Assembly: GCA_963666285.1 (NCBI GenBank)
Contig: OY762714.1
Length of the DNA stretch: 64,000 nucleotides
Reading direction: 5' to 3' (one strand)
Origin: Sedimentisphaerales bacterium
GTDB lineage: Bacteria; Planctomycetota; Phycisphaerae; Sedimentisphaerales; SM23-30
Made by a program: the position numbers and the translations under genes
In this document: piece after piece, positions 47,610 to 57,548 of the stretch
How the letters are laid out: each line of letters starts with the position of its first letter
How positions within the stretch are numbered: the first letter of the stretch is position 1
The notes under the pieces: generated by a model
The model's input: only the letters and a program-made list of their open reading frames with translations
Told to the model about the DNA's origin: nothing
The model's database searches: none

Positions 47610-48089
47610 TTAACCCAAAAATCTAACCAATGCTATCAGGACTTCTTTTGTCATCAGCTCCAGGTCTGGTAGAGCCTGCTCTAAAGCAACTTGTTTACTG
47701 TTTTGGGTATCGCCAAAAAACATTTCAACGTCATCGTCACTACGATAAGCAGTCATAGTTGAGGTATTATATATTGCATACCCCATTTCAGCACCTGTTT
47801 CGCTATAATATTTACCGATCAGCCAGTCATTGGCCAGGTTATCTATCTTCTTGAAGGTATATCGAGAAGCTAAATCACCATTTCTGATCGTGCCATTTTC
47901 CTGAAAATCTCTTACCCAGGAATCATCATATATTATGCGTGATGCCTGGTCAAAATCGGTACAGTCTTGTCTTTCACCATCAGGAGTGATAGCAACACAT
48001 GTACCATCAGGATTTTTAAGGATTGCCGGAAGAAACATATCATCTGTAGCTTCATCAGCATTTATAACAAGCATTTTCTTATTATCCAT
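47610..48089 (-). CDS. Hypothetical early protein
   Basis: 159-aa acidic ORF with RBS-like AAGGA. Confidence 0.55.
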   Translation of the reverse strand: MDNKKMLVINADEATDDMFLPAILKNPDGTCVAITPDGERQDCTDFDQASRIIYDDSWVRDFQENGTIRNGDLASRYTFKKIDNLANDWLIGKYYSETGAEMGYAIYNTSTMTAYRSDDDVEMFFGDTQNSKQVALEQALPDLELMTKEVLIALVRFLG

Positions 48090-48110
48090 TTGTGTAAGTC
48101 CTTATTCATC

Positions 48111-48464
48111 TCAAATATCTTTTTCTCTTTGGTTACGAACAGCTTCTAAAAAACCTTCATAATCACCATTCTTTAGGAGTTCTGCTGCAAAATCGCAAAA
48201 TTCATCATCCTGTTTTTCAATCCAGGTTTTTATCATTTCGATGTTTAATACCGTCTTTTTTGTTTTTTTTGTAATTACTGCCATAATCCCATCGTCGATA
48301 TTGCAAATCTTACCATCTGCAAAATCAACTGTTACATAGCCTCGTTCTTCTGATAATACAATATCAACAACCATCCCTGTTCTATCAATCACTGGATAAT
48401 AGCCAGGCATTTCATCAAAAGGTATATCATCAATAATTTTTCCTATCATTTCTCCAAATATCAT
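48111..48464 (-). CDS. Hypothetical early protein
   Basis: 117-aa acidic ORF with RBS-like AAGGA. Confidence 0.55.
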   Translation of the reverse strand: MIFGEMIGKIIDDIPFDEMPGYYPVIDRTGMVVDIVLSEERGYVTVDFADGKICNIDDGIMAVITKKTKKTVLNIEMIKTWIEKQDDEFCDFAAELLKNGDYEGFLEAVRNQREKDI

Positions 48465-48507
48465 CTATAAATCCTTATATTTCAGCTTGTTAGGGGATAC
48501 ACCTTTA

Positions 48508-48535
48508 ATGTCCGATAATAGAGCTTATGTTTCAT
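48508..48535 (+). other. dif-like XerC/XerD recombination site
   Basis: ATGTCCGATAA-TAGAGC-TTATGTTTCAT: 11-6-11 layout with inner ATAA/TTAT; right arm 9/11 identical to the E. coli XerD arm TTATGTTAAAT. Confidence 0.65.
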
Positions 48536-48635
48536 CGGGGTAATTTTCCCGGCAGGGCGGGACAAAATACACCCGGCCATCCGTCGATGACCGGGCTATT
48601 ACGAGAAACCCACCCGAAAGTGAGTTGTTATTTGA

Positions 48636-48664
48636 ATTATACAACAAGACACGCTACAATACAA
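48636..48664 (-). promoter_or_regulatory. Strong sigma70-type promoter for the leftward small genes
   Basis: Minus strand TTGTAT-17 bp-TATAAT, followed by a UUCG-loop hairpin and a cccggtcatc/gatggccggg hairpin. Confidence 0.65.
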
Positions 48665-48733
48665 ACAGCATGACGCTGATAATGCTTTACTAATTACTCG
48701 TTTCTGCTGCACACGCAGCAGAACATCAAACCT

Positions 48734-49510
48734 TCAAGTGATATTCTCGCTCCTTGAAGGTTTTCCTTTATTTATGGTTTTCCAATGGTTTATAACCGGC
48801 AATATCTCATACTCACCATCCTTTAGACAGCAAACCTTACTGCAACAACTGCCTAAAATAAATATCTGGTGAAACTCCATCTTACCAGAATATGCTTTAA
48901 TCTCATCGAGCAAATATTTCATCCCCGGACCATAATCATTAAAATATACCGTTGACGGCCAGTTATCATAGATCAGCAGCCAATCTTCCTGGCATCTCTG
49001 AAACCCATCTTTTAATAATGTATTAATTTTCTCATCAATAAAAGACATCATAGCCTTAGACCAATTTTTCTCAGCAGAATCACCAACTATTCCAGGGCTA
49101 TGTTTTATATTCAGTTCTTCCTGAAGCTTCTTTTTACCCTTGAATCGCTCTCCGGACCTGGCAAGTGATACCGGATAACAGGTTTTACCAGTACCATTTT
49201 TCCATTCAGTTTCGATAATGATATTTTTAACGGTTTCATTCTCATTGGTAGCTTCTCTAACTTCAATACCAACAGACTTACCCGCCATGTTCATTAAGAA
49301 ATCTGGTCTTTCTGAACTCTTAACTTTTAATGGATATTCCAGCATATCATTATGAGCCAAAGCACTCAATAAGTGAGACATATTGTGTCTCTCCCTTTGA
49401 TCTTTATTTCTACTTTCTGTTAATTTTGATACCGAAACATCCACCTGAGACAATATCTGCTGAAATACAGACTTATCATACGCTTGTATATTCATTTCCA
49501 CATCCATCAT
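48734..49510 (-). CDS. Putative PD-(D/E)xK nuclease-fold protein
   Basis: ERPDF...VGIEV motif; WLLIYD. Confidence 0.5.
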   Translation of the reverse strand: MMDVEMNIQAYDKSVFQQILSQVDVSVSKLTESRNKDQRERHNMSHLLSALAHNDMLEYPLKVKSSERPDFLMNMAGKSVGIEVREATNENETVKNIIIETEWKNGTGKTCYPVSLARSGERFKGKKKLQEELNIKHSPGIVGDSAEKNWSKAMMSFIDEKINTLLKDGFQRCQEDWLLIYDNWPSTVYFNDYGPGMKYLLDEIKAYSGKMEFHQIFILGSCCSKVCCLKDGEYEILPVINHWKTINKGKPSRSENIT

Positions 49511-49561
49511 TCTATAAACTAAAACAATAAAGTTTTAATTTCTCATTAATATTAAACCCAA

Positions 49562-50089
49562 TTACATCCCTGCTGTCTGATAATCCCAGGTAAGCAATGC
49601 TGTAGATTCTTTGCTGCTGTTATCAACTTTAACTACCGGCTCAGAGACAAAGCCCCTGCCCTCTAGTTCAGCCAATAAAACGTAACCCTTCTTCTCTGGA
49701 TCACATTGTTGTAATTGATTGATTAACTCACCAACCGTTATAGCATTGTCCGTATTCTCATAAGACAGATAGCAATATTCTTCATCCACATTAGGTATTT
49801 TTGCTGTTATGCTGCCGTTTTCCGCACGCCAGGAAATAGTCAGCATATTTGGCAATGAATCTCTGCCATCGACAATATCCTTTATTAGTTGTCTGCCGCT
49901 AATATATCTCCCAGACAAATTAATCAAAAGAATTCGATTATCAAGAGATTCTAACGGACCATCAAATTTTTGCTCAAGATTAGTAATCAACTCATCTATA
50001 ATCTGATTGGCCCCCTTTTCAAACTCCATCATTGAATCGTCTTCAAAAGTCACTACAATTTCCAATAACTCAACCATACCTAACTCCAA
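49562..50089 (-). CDS. Hypothetical protein
   Basis: Acidic ORF; C-terminal ITVGELINQLQQCDPE motif common in small phage proteins. Confidence 0.45.
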   Translation of the reverse strand: MELGMVELLEIVVTFEDDSMMEFEKGANQIIDELITNLEQKFDGPLESLDNRILLINLSGRYISGRQLIKDIVDGRDSLPNMLTISWRAENGSITAKIPNVDEEYCYLSYENTDNAITVGELINQLQQCDPEKKGYVLLAELEGRGFVSEPVVKVDNSSKESTALLTWDYQTAGM

Positions 50090-50171
50090 TTTTCACTGAC
50101 AATTTCATTAAGATTAGAACTATAATTTATATACATAATACTTGAGGTCACAATTTGTGACCTCAAGTTTA

Positions 50172-51248
50172 TTATTTTCCTGTTTTATCTTCCTGCTGTA
50201 GTTCAGCCTCGATCTGCTCTATCGTTGGTAAACTAGACTTCAACTCATCAGGTAATGCCTGGGTAAGCTCATATTCTGAAACACCAATAGGCTTGTTAAT
50301 ATCACTAAGAGCATATTCAGCTACAATCTTGTTTTTACCTTTACAAAGTAAAATTCCAATAGTCGGCTTATCCTCAGCTTTGCGCAACTGTTCATCAATA
50401 GCTTTTATATAGAAATTAAGCTTACCGGCATGTTCAGGTTCAAACTCAACCACCTTCAGCTCGATTACAACATAACAATGCAGGAGGGTATGATAAAACA
50501 ACAGGTCCAGATAAAAGTCTCTCCCACCTACCTCAAGCTGAACCTGTTTACCCATATAGGCAAAACCTGCACCAAGCTCCATCAGGAATTTAGAGATATG
50601 GTCTAATAAACCTTTCTGTACATCGTGTTCGGAATAATCATTTGCAAGTGTCAGAAAATCAAAATTGTATGGATCTTTGGTTATCTCTCTGGCCAGATCA
50701 GACTGAGGTGCAGGTAATGTATTTTCAAAATTAGTTATCGCTTTCCCCTGCCTGGCATATAGACCTGATTCTATCTGATGAACCAATACACTCCTGGCCC
50801 AGTTATGTTCTATGGTTTTATTGACATAAAACATTGCCTGTTCGAGAGTATCACATTTTGAGATTATTGTAAGGTTGTGGCCCCAGGGAATCATTGTTAA
50901 TTGGGCAACAGGCTGTTGCCCAATTGTGGAACAGCTTGTTCCACTTTTAGGGAATAAATCATAATAGAAGCTATACCAACGCCTTATATACTGAAGATTA
51001 TTTAATGAAAAACCCCTCATATCAGGGAATTCCTTCATCAGATCAGCGCTTAACTGCTTCAAAAAACCGCTACCCCAACTGGTATGCTGCTGTTTTTCAA
51101 CAATATCGGCTCCAAGAGACCAATAGAACTCTATCAGGGCTGAATTAACCGCAGTTGCCGCTTTAAGCTGAGCCTGCCTGATACGCTGTTTGATATCGAC
51201 CAGCCATTGCTTATACTGCTTATCTGATTTTAGTTTATCTGAACTCAA
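50172..51248 (-). CDS. YhcG/DUF1016 family PD-(D/E)xK nuclease-domain protein
   Basis: YWSLG..I, WGSGFL..LS.DL, IPWGHN, KDPYNFDFL, DLLFYH..L.CYVVIELK; start re-assigned to TTG 51248 after GGAG. Confidence 0.92.
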   Translation of the reverse strand: MSSDKLKSDKQYKQWLVDIKQRIRQAQLKAATAVNSALIEFYWSLGADIVEKQQHTSWGSGFLKQLSADLMKEFPDMRGFSLNNLQYIRRWYSFYYDLFPKSGTSCSTIGQQPVAQLTMIPWGHNLTIISKCDTLEQAMFYVNKTIEHNWARSVLVHQIESGLYARQGKAITNFENTLPAPQSDLAREITKDPYNFDFLTLANDYSEHDVQKGLLDHISKFLMELGAGFAYMGKQVQLEVGGRDFYLDLLFYHTLLHCYVVIELKVVEFEPEHAGKLNFYIKAIDEQLRKAEDKPTIGILLCKGKNKIVAEYALSDINKPIGVSEYELTQALPDELKSSLPTIEQIEAELQQEDKTGK

Positions 51249-51250
51249 CC

Positions 51251-52666
51251 TTAAAACTCCACTGCATTTGACCTGCTCTCGAACCTGGTCCACTCCTTCA
51301 GCCAGGTTAGTTCTATAACACCGGTCGGACCGCTACGCTGTTTCTCAAGGATTATCTCGGTCTTTGTCTCATCTATATCCGCTGATCCGGGTAGATATTC
51401 AGTATGTTCCAGAATAGATTTCTGTTTATAATAACCTTCTCTATGCAGAAGCATAACAACATCAGCATCTTGTTCAATATCGCCAGATTCTCTCAGATCG
51501 CTCATACGAGGTCTATGCCCTTCTCTTGCTTCTACCCCCCTGTTGAGCTGAGACATCGCAATTACAGGGATTTCCAACTCTTTGGCAATAGCTTTGATAT
51601 GACGAGATATCAAACCTACTTCCTGCACCCTGTTATCACAACCCGGAACCTTCATTAGCTGCAAATAGTCAATTATCATCAACTGTATATCAAACTGCAT
51701 TTTCATACGTCTGGCTTTTGCACGCAGATCCAGCGGTGTAAGCATACCGCTGTCATCAATATACAATGGAACATGAGCATATTCTTCAGCTACAACATGA
51801 ACCTTGTCAAACTCATCTTCATTTAACCTGCCTCGACGGTATTTTTGCAGATCCACATGAGATCGGCTGGCGATTAAACGCTCTGTCAGCAAGTTAGCTG
51901 TCATCTCCAATGAGAAAAAAGCTACCGGCATATCACTGTCAGCCGCTACATATTCTGCAATATTCAAGCCCAGAGCAGTTTTACCCATACTAGGCCTGGC
52001 TGCTATAATTATCATCTCACCCGGCTGAAAACCACAGGTAAGGTTATCAAGCTCTAAATAGCCCGAAGACACACCTGTTATCAGATTACCATCACGAGAC
52101 TCTAATATCGCTATAGCTTCTTTAGCGGTCTGGCCCAAACTTACCGCCTTGCGGGTTTCTTTCTTATGGGTAACTTCAAAGACCTTCTTTTCGATATCCT
52201 CTAAGATATCATCAGCCTGGTCATTTTCCGCAAAGGCCATCTCACTGATCTCACTGGAAACCTGGATAGCTTTTCTAAGAAGCGACTTACCATAGATGAT
52301 TCTGGCATAATAAATACCATTAACAGCAGATGGCAGAGATTCGGAGATATCTACAATATAGTTTATCCCCCCTACCACTTCGAGCTTATTTCGGCGATTC
52401 AGTTCATTCTTCAGGAAAATAAAGTCAACCGGCTGGTTAGACTCATATAAAGTTACTATAGCATCAAATATCTCGGCGTGATCCTGACGATAGAAACAAT
52501 CTCTATCTATCAATTCCAATATCTCGCCCAAAGCCTCATTATTAAGCAGCATGGAAGCTAAAGTAGCCTGTTCTGCTTCAATATCCTGCGGTGGGATTCT
52601 ATGCGGAACCCTGTCTGTCATATTAGCTTTATTGGTCTGGCCTAGATTTTTCTTTGAATTATCCAT
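51251..52666 (-). CDS. dnaB: Replicative DNA helicase
   Basis: PPQDIEAEQ, AARPSMGKT, IIDYLQL, SDLRESGDIEQDAD, KQRSGPTG. Confidence 0.96.
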   Translation of the reverse strand: MDNSKKNLGQTNKANMTDRVPHRIPPQDIEAEQATLASMLLNNEALGEILELIDRDCFYRQDHAEIFDAIVTLYESNQPVDFIFLKNELNRRNKLEVVGGINYIVDISESLPSAVNGIYYARIIYGKSLLRKAIQVSSEISEMAFAENDQADDILEDIEKKVFEVTHKKETRKAVSLGQTAKEAIAILESRDGNLITGVSSGYLELDNLTCGFQPGEMIIIAARPSMGKTALGLNIAEYVAADSDMPVAFFSLEMTANLLTERLIASRSHVDLQKYRRGRLNEDEFDKVHVVAEEYAHVPLYIDDSGMLTPLDLRAKARRMKMQFDIQLMIIDYLQLMKVPGCDNRVQEVGLISRHIKAIAKELEIPVIAMSQLNRGVEAREGHRPRMSDLRESGDIEQDADVVMLLHREGYYKQKSILEHTEYLPGSADIDETKTEIILEKQRSGPTGVIELTWLKEWTRFESRSNAVEF

Positions 52667-52674
52667 AATTCGAT

Positions 52675-52717
52675 ATTTTACATGCCTAACCTGTTATCTG
52701 TCAATAATTTATTGACA
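52675..52717 (-). promoter_or_regulatory. Promoter for dnaB whose -35 box is part of a palindrome
   Basis: Minus strand TTGACA-18 bp-TAAAAT ending 8 nt before the ATG; tgtcaataatttattgaca is near-palindromic. Confidence 0.5.
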
Positions 52718-52746
52718 TAGTATGTATATCGGCTCCAGTACTGGAT

Positions 52747-53508
52747 TTAGCTGAATGAAAATTCTCGCTGCCGGTCCTCCAGGGCGAACCTCTTTTCCAG
52801 ATCAACTACCGTATCATACCCTCGAAATCCTACATTACTGGGTATTTTCCGGTCCATTTTCAGCATTATCTGCCATAATTCTGGATAGTATTTTCGCAAA
52901 TTCCTCAACTCCCCTATCCGCTGTAATGGACAGCAAAAACAAGATACCCGCCGAAAATGTTCATACAGACCGCCCCAGTCATATCCCAGCAACTTGCAGT
53001 ATTCCAGGCACTTCGATTCAGGCCAGCTCCACTCGATCAGCGGATAGCGATATTGATACTTTCTGGCCCTCATAAACCTGGTTTCACGTTCTGATTCATC
53101 AGAGGCAAAGCCTACACACATAATTACCTTATCCAGATCGTATCTGCTCTTGAGATATCGTTCGATTGTATTGACTTTCTCCCTGGTACACCATCTTCTA
53201 AGGCTGGATGGCCAGCCGCCGCCATATCTATACACCTGCCCTTTTACAACATTATGTTCCGGGCGGTCTTTCTTCGACCTGATTGGATGAAATACCAGAC
53301 TATAGTCAAATGGTATCCTCGGCTTTAACCTGGTAATAATCCTGCCTGTCTTATTTTCTAATCGCTTCAGATGGTCATACATACCCGGAAATTCCCAGCC
53401 GGTATCAAAGAATATGATATCATCTATTATCTCATTAAATTCCAGCATTCTAAGCAGCATTGCAGTGGAATCCTTACCACCTGACAGACTGACAATTACA
53501 GTATTCAT
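52747..53508 (-). CDS. PAPS-reductase-family (PP-loop) phage protein
   Basis: SLSGGKDS, DTGWEF, RWCT..K, R.SCFCCP. Confidence 0.85.
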   Translation of the reverse strand: MNTVIVSLSGGKDSTAMLLRMLEFNEIIDDIIFFDTGWEFPGMYDHLKRLENKTGRIITRLKPRIPFDYSLVFHPIRSKKDRPEHNVVKGQVYRYGGGWPSSLRRWCTREKVNTIERYLKSRYDLDKVIMCVGFASDESERETRFMRARKYQYRYPLIEWSWPESKCLEYCKLLGYDWGGLYEHFRRVSCFCCPLQRIGELRNLRKYYPELWQIMLKMDRKIPSNVGFRGYDTVVDLEKRFALEDRQREFSFS

Positions 53509-54356
53509 ACTGTCACCTCCTTAAAATAGCTGCCGAATTTTCCTTTGTTCCTGGCACATACTATCCTGATATCATCCCATATCTTCTGGAATCGCTGCCA
53601 TTCTCTGGGCATCTGATAGGAGTCAGTTCTGTAAAGCATAGCCATAGGCACAAAACCAAGCGAAACACATAATTCGAGCCTTTCTGCTGCCTTTGCGATA
53701 GTATCGCCGGGATAGCCTATCAGACAATAACAACGGAGTTTGTCACGCCTGAAACCAGCTTCATATAATCGCCCTGCAGCGCAGATCAGCGGCTCTCGAT
53801 CATGGTCATCATCATAAGCAAAAAACATCGTTGAGATACGAGATTTAAGCCTTACAAATAACTCTATATGCCAATCCTGCAATATAGCTGCTTCCAGACC
53901 ACCGCTGAATTTAACACATTTATCGCTATAGCCATCGAGCATGGTAAAAACAGAGCGGATATGCTTTTCACTGCACTGTAGCAGATTACTGTCCAGAATA
54001 TCATAGCCCTGCTTTACAGTCAGCTCCCTTATTCTGCCCTCTCTACGATGGACAGAACAGAACCAGCAGTTATTATTACAACCTCTGCTGGTAATGAGAT
54101 AGCCTGGCTTGAGATATAATCCAGGTGTAAACTCACCGCCCGGATCCTCATAAGCCGGACCGCCGAGCTGCACTTTATACCCTGCCCTGTCCCACTGGTA
54201 AGCCAAAGCCTCGGCTCTAGGCTTATCCCAGGTAAAGACACAACTGACATGGACAATATCAGCTTCTATCTTCCATAAAGGCGGGCCATCGTAAAAAGCT
54301 AAATCATCGACCGGAGTAGCATTAGTACGTCTGGGAAATACTCTTATTATTTTCAT
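53505..54356 (-). CDS. Radical SAM-like protein
   Basis: SRGCNNNCWFC (CxxxCxxC); start re-assigned to ATG 54356; ATGA-coupled to the PAPS-reductase gene. Confidence 0.8.
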   Translation of the reverse strand: MKIIRVFPRRTNATPVDDLAFYDGPPLWKIEADIVHVSCVFTWDKPRAEALAYQWDRAGYKVQLGGPAYEDPGGEFTPGLYLKPGYLITSRGCNNNCWFCSVHRREGRIRELTVKQGYDILDSNLLQCSEKHIRSVFTMLDGYSDKCVKFSGGLEAAILQDWHIELFVRLKSRISTMFFAYDDDHDREPLICAAGRLYEAGFRRDKLRCYCLIGYPGDTIAKAAERLELCVSLGFVPMAMLYRTDSYQMPREWQRFQKIWDDIRIVCARNKGKFGSYFKEVTV

Positions 54357-54582
54357 TTTGACTGACCTTCTGAAAAACCCACTTATCATCCTCTACCCGC
54401 ATAAGGGTAAAACCATCTATTACCGGAGGCTCTATTAGATACATCCTGCCATCAAATATATCGAGACACCACTGGTTAAACAGTTTGGACCTGCCAAGTC
54501 TGGCCCTGCGGACAAATTTAGGGTTTATTCCGGCCTGAAAAAGCAAATTTTGCCAGTCTATATCGACATGAATTGTCTTCAT
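54322..54582 (-). CDS. Hypothetical protein
   Basis: 86-aa ORF filling the operon gap, with RBS-like GAGGA. Confidence 0.4.
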   Translation of the reverse strand: MKTIHVDIDWQNLLFQAGINPKFVRRARLGRSKLFNQWCLDIFDGRMYLIEPPVIDGFTLMRVEDDKWVFQKVSQNENNKSISQTY

Positions 54583-54638
54583 CTTCTGATTCCTCTAAAC
54601 TGCGGTTAATATCGTTATTTTCATCAGATAAAACGGCC

Positions 54639-56054
54639 TCAAGCAACTGCAAAAGCTGCTGCGGTCCTGCGTTTAGAGGTTTTGGAGTTATTCCTTCCTG
54701 ACACACAATTGTCACTCGCTTTCATCTTGCCCTGAGCTAGAAAGTTCAGGCGGTTTTTCTTCTCTGCCAGATGCTTTTCCGCAATTATAACAAAATGCTC
54801 CTGGAAACTCAAACCGCCTTTTTCCTGATATTCTCCGGCCCCTGCCAACTGCCGCAGCTCGCAAATCTCACTTTTTGTGAAATACCGGGCATAACGCTGA
54901 ATAAATATTTTTGGCAGTTTAACTCTGCTCAAAACTCCCCCTGAGATCAGGTTAATCTTCCTTTCCAGTTCCGGAACCATTGGTAAATCACTGATATCGA
55001 CCAGACCAGCTTCTATCTGCTGCCACCTGGCAATAGCCTCTTTTTGCCGCCGCTCTGTCTCGTACCGGCTTTTTTCCAATTGCTCTATCTCGGCCTGGAT
55101 ATCTGAAAGTTTTTTGCAGGTCAGTTCCAGATGAAAATCTATCAGGCCCCAATGGTCGGCAACGATTGCATATTGCTCGATAATCGCCTCAATATCCTCC
55201 TGGCGGTAGAGTGTCAAACTGCGAGCTACCTGTTTGGTGAGTTTTTTGGTAACGCTATCGGGCGGTCCATTGTAGAGAGTTAAAAACTTCTCCATCAGGG
55301 TTGCAACTCTTTCATCATCAGTAAATTTATAACAACCACTACCACCACCTGATTTTTCAGGTTTTGTTGTTGTAGTTGTTGTTTTATTAATATTATTAAT
55401 TAATCTATATTCGTGTGACAAAATGTCATAGTTTTCGTTCGCCATTTGGCGCAGTTTAGTGTCAGTTTTGTCATAGTTTCTATCTGGATACTGTGACATT
55501 TTATCACCCTTTTTAATACCATGACATTCTGTAGCTGTAAAATCCTGTAAAGGTTCCGGGCGGCTTTCACTACTATCAGGCTGCGGTTCTTCCTGCCAGA
55601 TCAGTTTACGAGGACCAGATTTAAATGGACAGTCAGCTATCTTAATCGGTTCATTTATGAAATAACAATTCGTTGCTCCCCTGCCGCCTATTCCTTCACA
55701 TTTTGGCACTTTCACAATCAGACCATGTTTCTCCAATACCTTGAGATGCCTTATTACAGTTCTCACTGAAAGACGTGCCATCTTACTTAAAGTGTCATTA
55801 CTGGGCCAGGCAAGCCTTGTCTTGTCCATGTATGAGAGAAGTGCTATAAAGAGTCCTAAAGGCCCTGCACCGATCTTACGGATCATTGGATTATCTCCTT
55901 CCCATAGATATCTGGGTATCTTTATAAAACGCTCCTGGCCATTATCGGTAAACATCTTTTCACTGGCATAAATCTTTGGTACTTGAATTTCGATCCTCTG
56001 ATAGTGCGATTCTATTACAGCTGTACGATATTCTCTTGTATTTTGTGAAGACAT
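54639..56054 (-). CDS. Phage replication initiator-like protein (winged HTH)
   Basis: WPSNDTLSKMARLSVRTVIRHLKVLEKHGLI...TNCY; start re-assigned to ATG 56054 after GGGAG; internal repeats; upstream of dnaB. Confidence 0.7.
   Translation of the reverse strand: MSSQNTREYRTAVIESHYQRIEIQVPKIYASEKMFTDNGQERFIKIPRYLWEGDNPMIRKIGAGPLGLFIALLSYMDKTRLAWPSNDTLSKMARLSVRTVIRHLKVLEKHGLIVKVPKCEGIGGRGATNCYFINEPIKIADCPFKSGPRKLIWQEEPQPDSSESRPEPLQDFTATECHGIKKGDKMSQYPDRNYDKTDTKLRQMANENYDILSHEYRLINNINKTTTTTTKPEKSGGGSGCYKFTDDERVATLMEKFLTLYNGPPDSVTKKLTKQVARSLTLYRQEDIEAIIEQYAIVADHWGLIDFHLELTCKKLSDIQAEIEQLEKSRYETERRQKEAIARWQQIEAGLVDISDLPMVPELERKINLISGGVLSRVKLPKIFIQRYARYFTKSEICELRQLAGAGEYQEKGGLSFQEHFVIIAEKHLAEKKNRLNFLAQGKMKASDNCVSGRNNSKTSKRRTAAAFAVA
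55414..55535. repeat. Degenerate iteron-like TGACAnnnTGTCA repeats beside an AT-rich tract (putative origin)
   Basis: tgacaaaatgtcatagttt (55416), gtcagttttgtcatagttt (55461), tgacattttatca (55494), tgacattctgta (55522). Confidence 0.55.
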
Positions 56055-57036
56055 AAAAACTCCCTTTCCGAACTCTACTTTCGAGCCGGTTTTCGTAATG
56101 CGGTTAATAACAGCTTTGCCTGGACGCACATACGCCCAGGCAAAATATATAAACTTCAGTCGATTAAATATAACCTCCTTCCTGAGTCGTTAAATCGGGT
56201 ACTCTATAGTAAAATCCAATGATGGATTTATTATGCTAAATACGCCCGCCGCTCGTCATAGCGGGCATGTGGGGATTGTAGAAAGTCATAAAAACTGGTT
56301 ACTTTAATTGGTAGCTTTCGTAACAGTTTTACCTGACGAGCTAAGGGGTTGTTGTCTGGTTTATTCTCTAAGCGCGCACATACACACCTCCGCCCTTTTA
56401 AGACGTTCATTTATCCTTTGTTATTTGTCCCTCTTATTTTTATACTATACGGATCACCAAATAGACAATAGCATTCCCATGACCATTCCTGCCTGATATT
56501 TTCGGTGGGTAGGCGCAATAATGGACTGTCAATATTGGATTACCGGGATTGATATATTAAAGGCCGATTTAGAATTTCGGCTTTATGACAATAGGCGTAT
56601 AACTGGCCCAAATTGATTCGGAAGTATTAGTGCTTACAAATTCCGGGTGCTGCTCTCGTAATAATTGCTGGTACACTTTTTCACTCCATTTTCCTAATAG
56701 CAGATAATTCTTAAGTCTCTCACCACTTTGATGATATATAAAATATACAACGTTTATTTTTTGTATGCAACCCAACTGTGAAAAGTTACAGTCGAGTTAA
56801 GATAAAAACATGGGTAAAATAGACAATGGTGTACCAAAATGACTGGAAGTGCTTCACAATAAAAATGAACTAAATTTTTTTAACTTTAAAATGGTTTGTC
56901 AAAATATATTGCGATAAAATCTCTGTAACTCCCCTTCTAAAAAACTGGCATAAAAGATGCATTAATATTTTTTAGAAAAATATTAGTTTTTTATTATTTT
57001 CCTGCTCCCCTCCCCTGTTACTAATGGCAATCCAGA

Positions 57037-57066
57037 CAAAAAAAAAGCAGCCCTCCCTGGCTGCTA
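57037..57066 (-). terminator. Rho-independent terminator (minus strand)
   Basis: agcagcc/ggctgct stem followed by a long U tract on the minus strand. Confidence 0.7.
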
Positions 57067-57090
57067 TTTCAATTTGTTATGGCTCCTGAC

Positions 57091-57216
57091 TTACTTCTCA
57101 TCTGGTCTGCAAGCCGGATGGTTCCTCATCTCTGGGATAAATAATACAAATCCCGCTATCAGAATTCCTAACGCTATTACTCCAGCCTGACCGATAATAG
57201 TTGTTAAAGTATCCAT
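57091..57216 (-). CDS. 41-aa single-TM peptide, not in the ORF track (type I toxin-like candidate)
   Basis: MDTLTTIIGQAGVIALGILIAGFVLFIPEMRNHPACRPDEK; RBS-like TAAGG; terminator directly downstream. Confidence 0.6.
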   Translation of the reverse strand: MDTLTTIIGQAGVIALGILIAGFVLFIPEMRNHPACRPDEK

Positions 57217-57257
57217 AATTGAAAACCTTACTGCCCTTCTTGGGCGGTTCAAACATT

Positions 57258-57287
57258 AACCGGCTGTATCAGAGCCGGTTTTTTTAT
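57258..57287 (+). terminator. Rho-independent terminator (plus strand)
   Basis: aaccggct-gtatcag-agccggtt followed by a T run. Confidence 0.7.
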
Positions 57288-57349
57288 GCGCCCTGAAAAA
57301 CTGCTTCCAGAGCTTCAAATCAAAGTTTTCAACCCTCAGAGTAATATAT

Positions 57350-57520
57350 CGGCAATTGCTGCAAATATACATTAGGTTTTTTCTGCAACTGCCGCAACTT
57401 CTGCAACTTTGCATAGTTATTGCTGCAATTTCTGCAACACATCCTGCAATTGCAGCAACAATTAAAGTTGACACCTTCTGCAATTTCTGCAATTATTAAA
57501 GTTTAACATTTGCAACAACC
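57350..57520. repeat. Dense (C)TGCAA repeat array, partly 9-bp periodic
   Basis: ctgcaactg-ccgcaactt-ctgcaactt; ctgcaattt-ctgcaacac; ctgcaattt-ctgcaatta and others. Confidence 0.8.
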
Positions 57521-57548
57521 GACGATAATGATGGAGATATATATACCT

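Noticed and set aside
56214..56241. Second dif-like site (TTATGCTAAAT arm)
   Set aside because: The partner arm ATCCAATGATG lacks the inner ATAA; probably chance
57256..57492. 78-aa minus-strand ORF rich in C/A/Q
   Set aside because: Its composition is a by-product of the TGCAA repeat array
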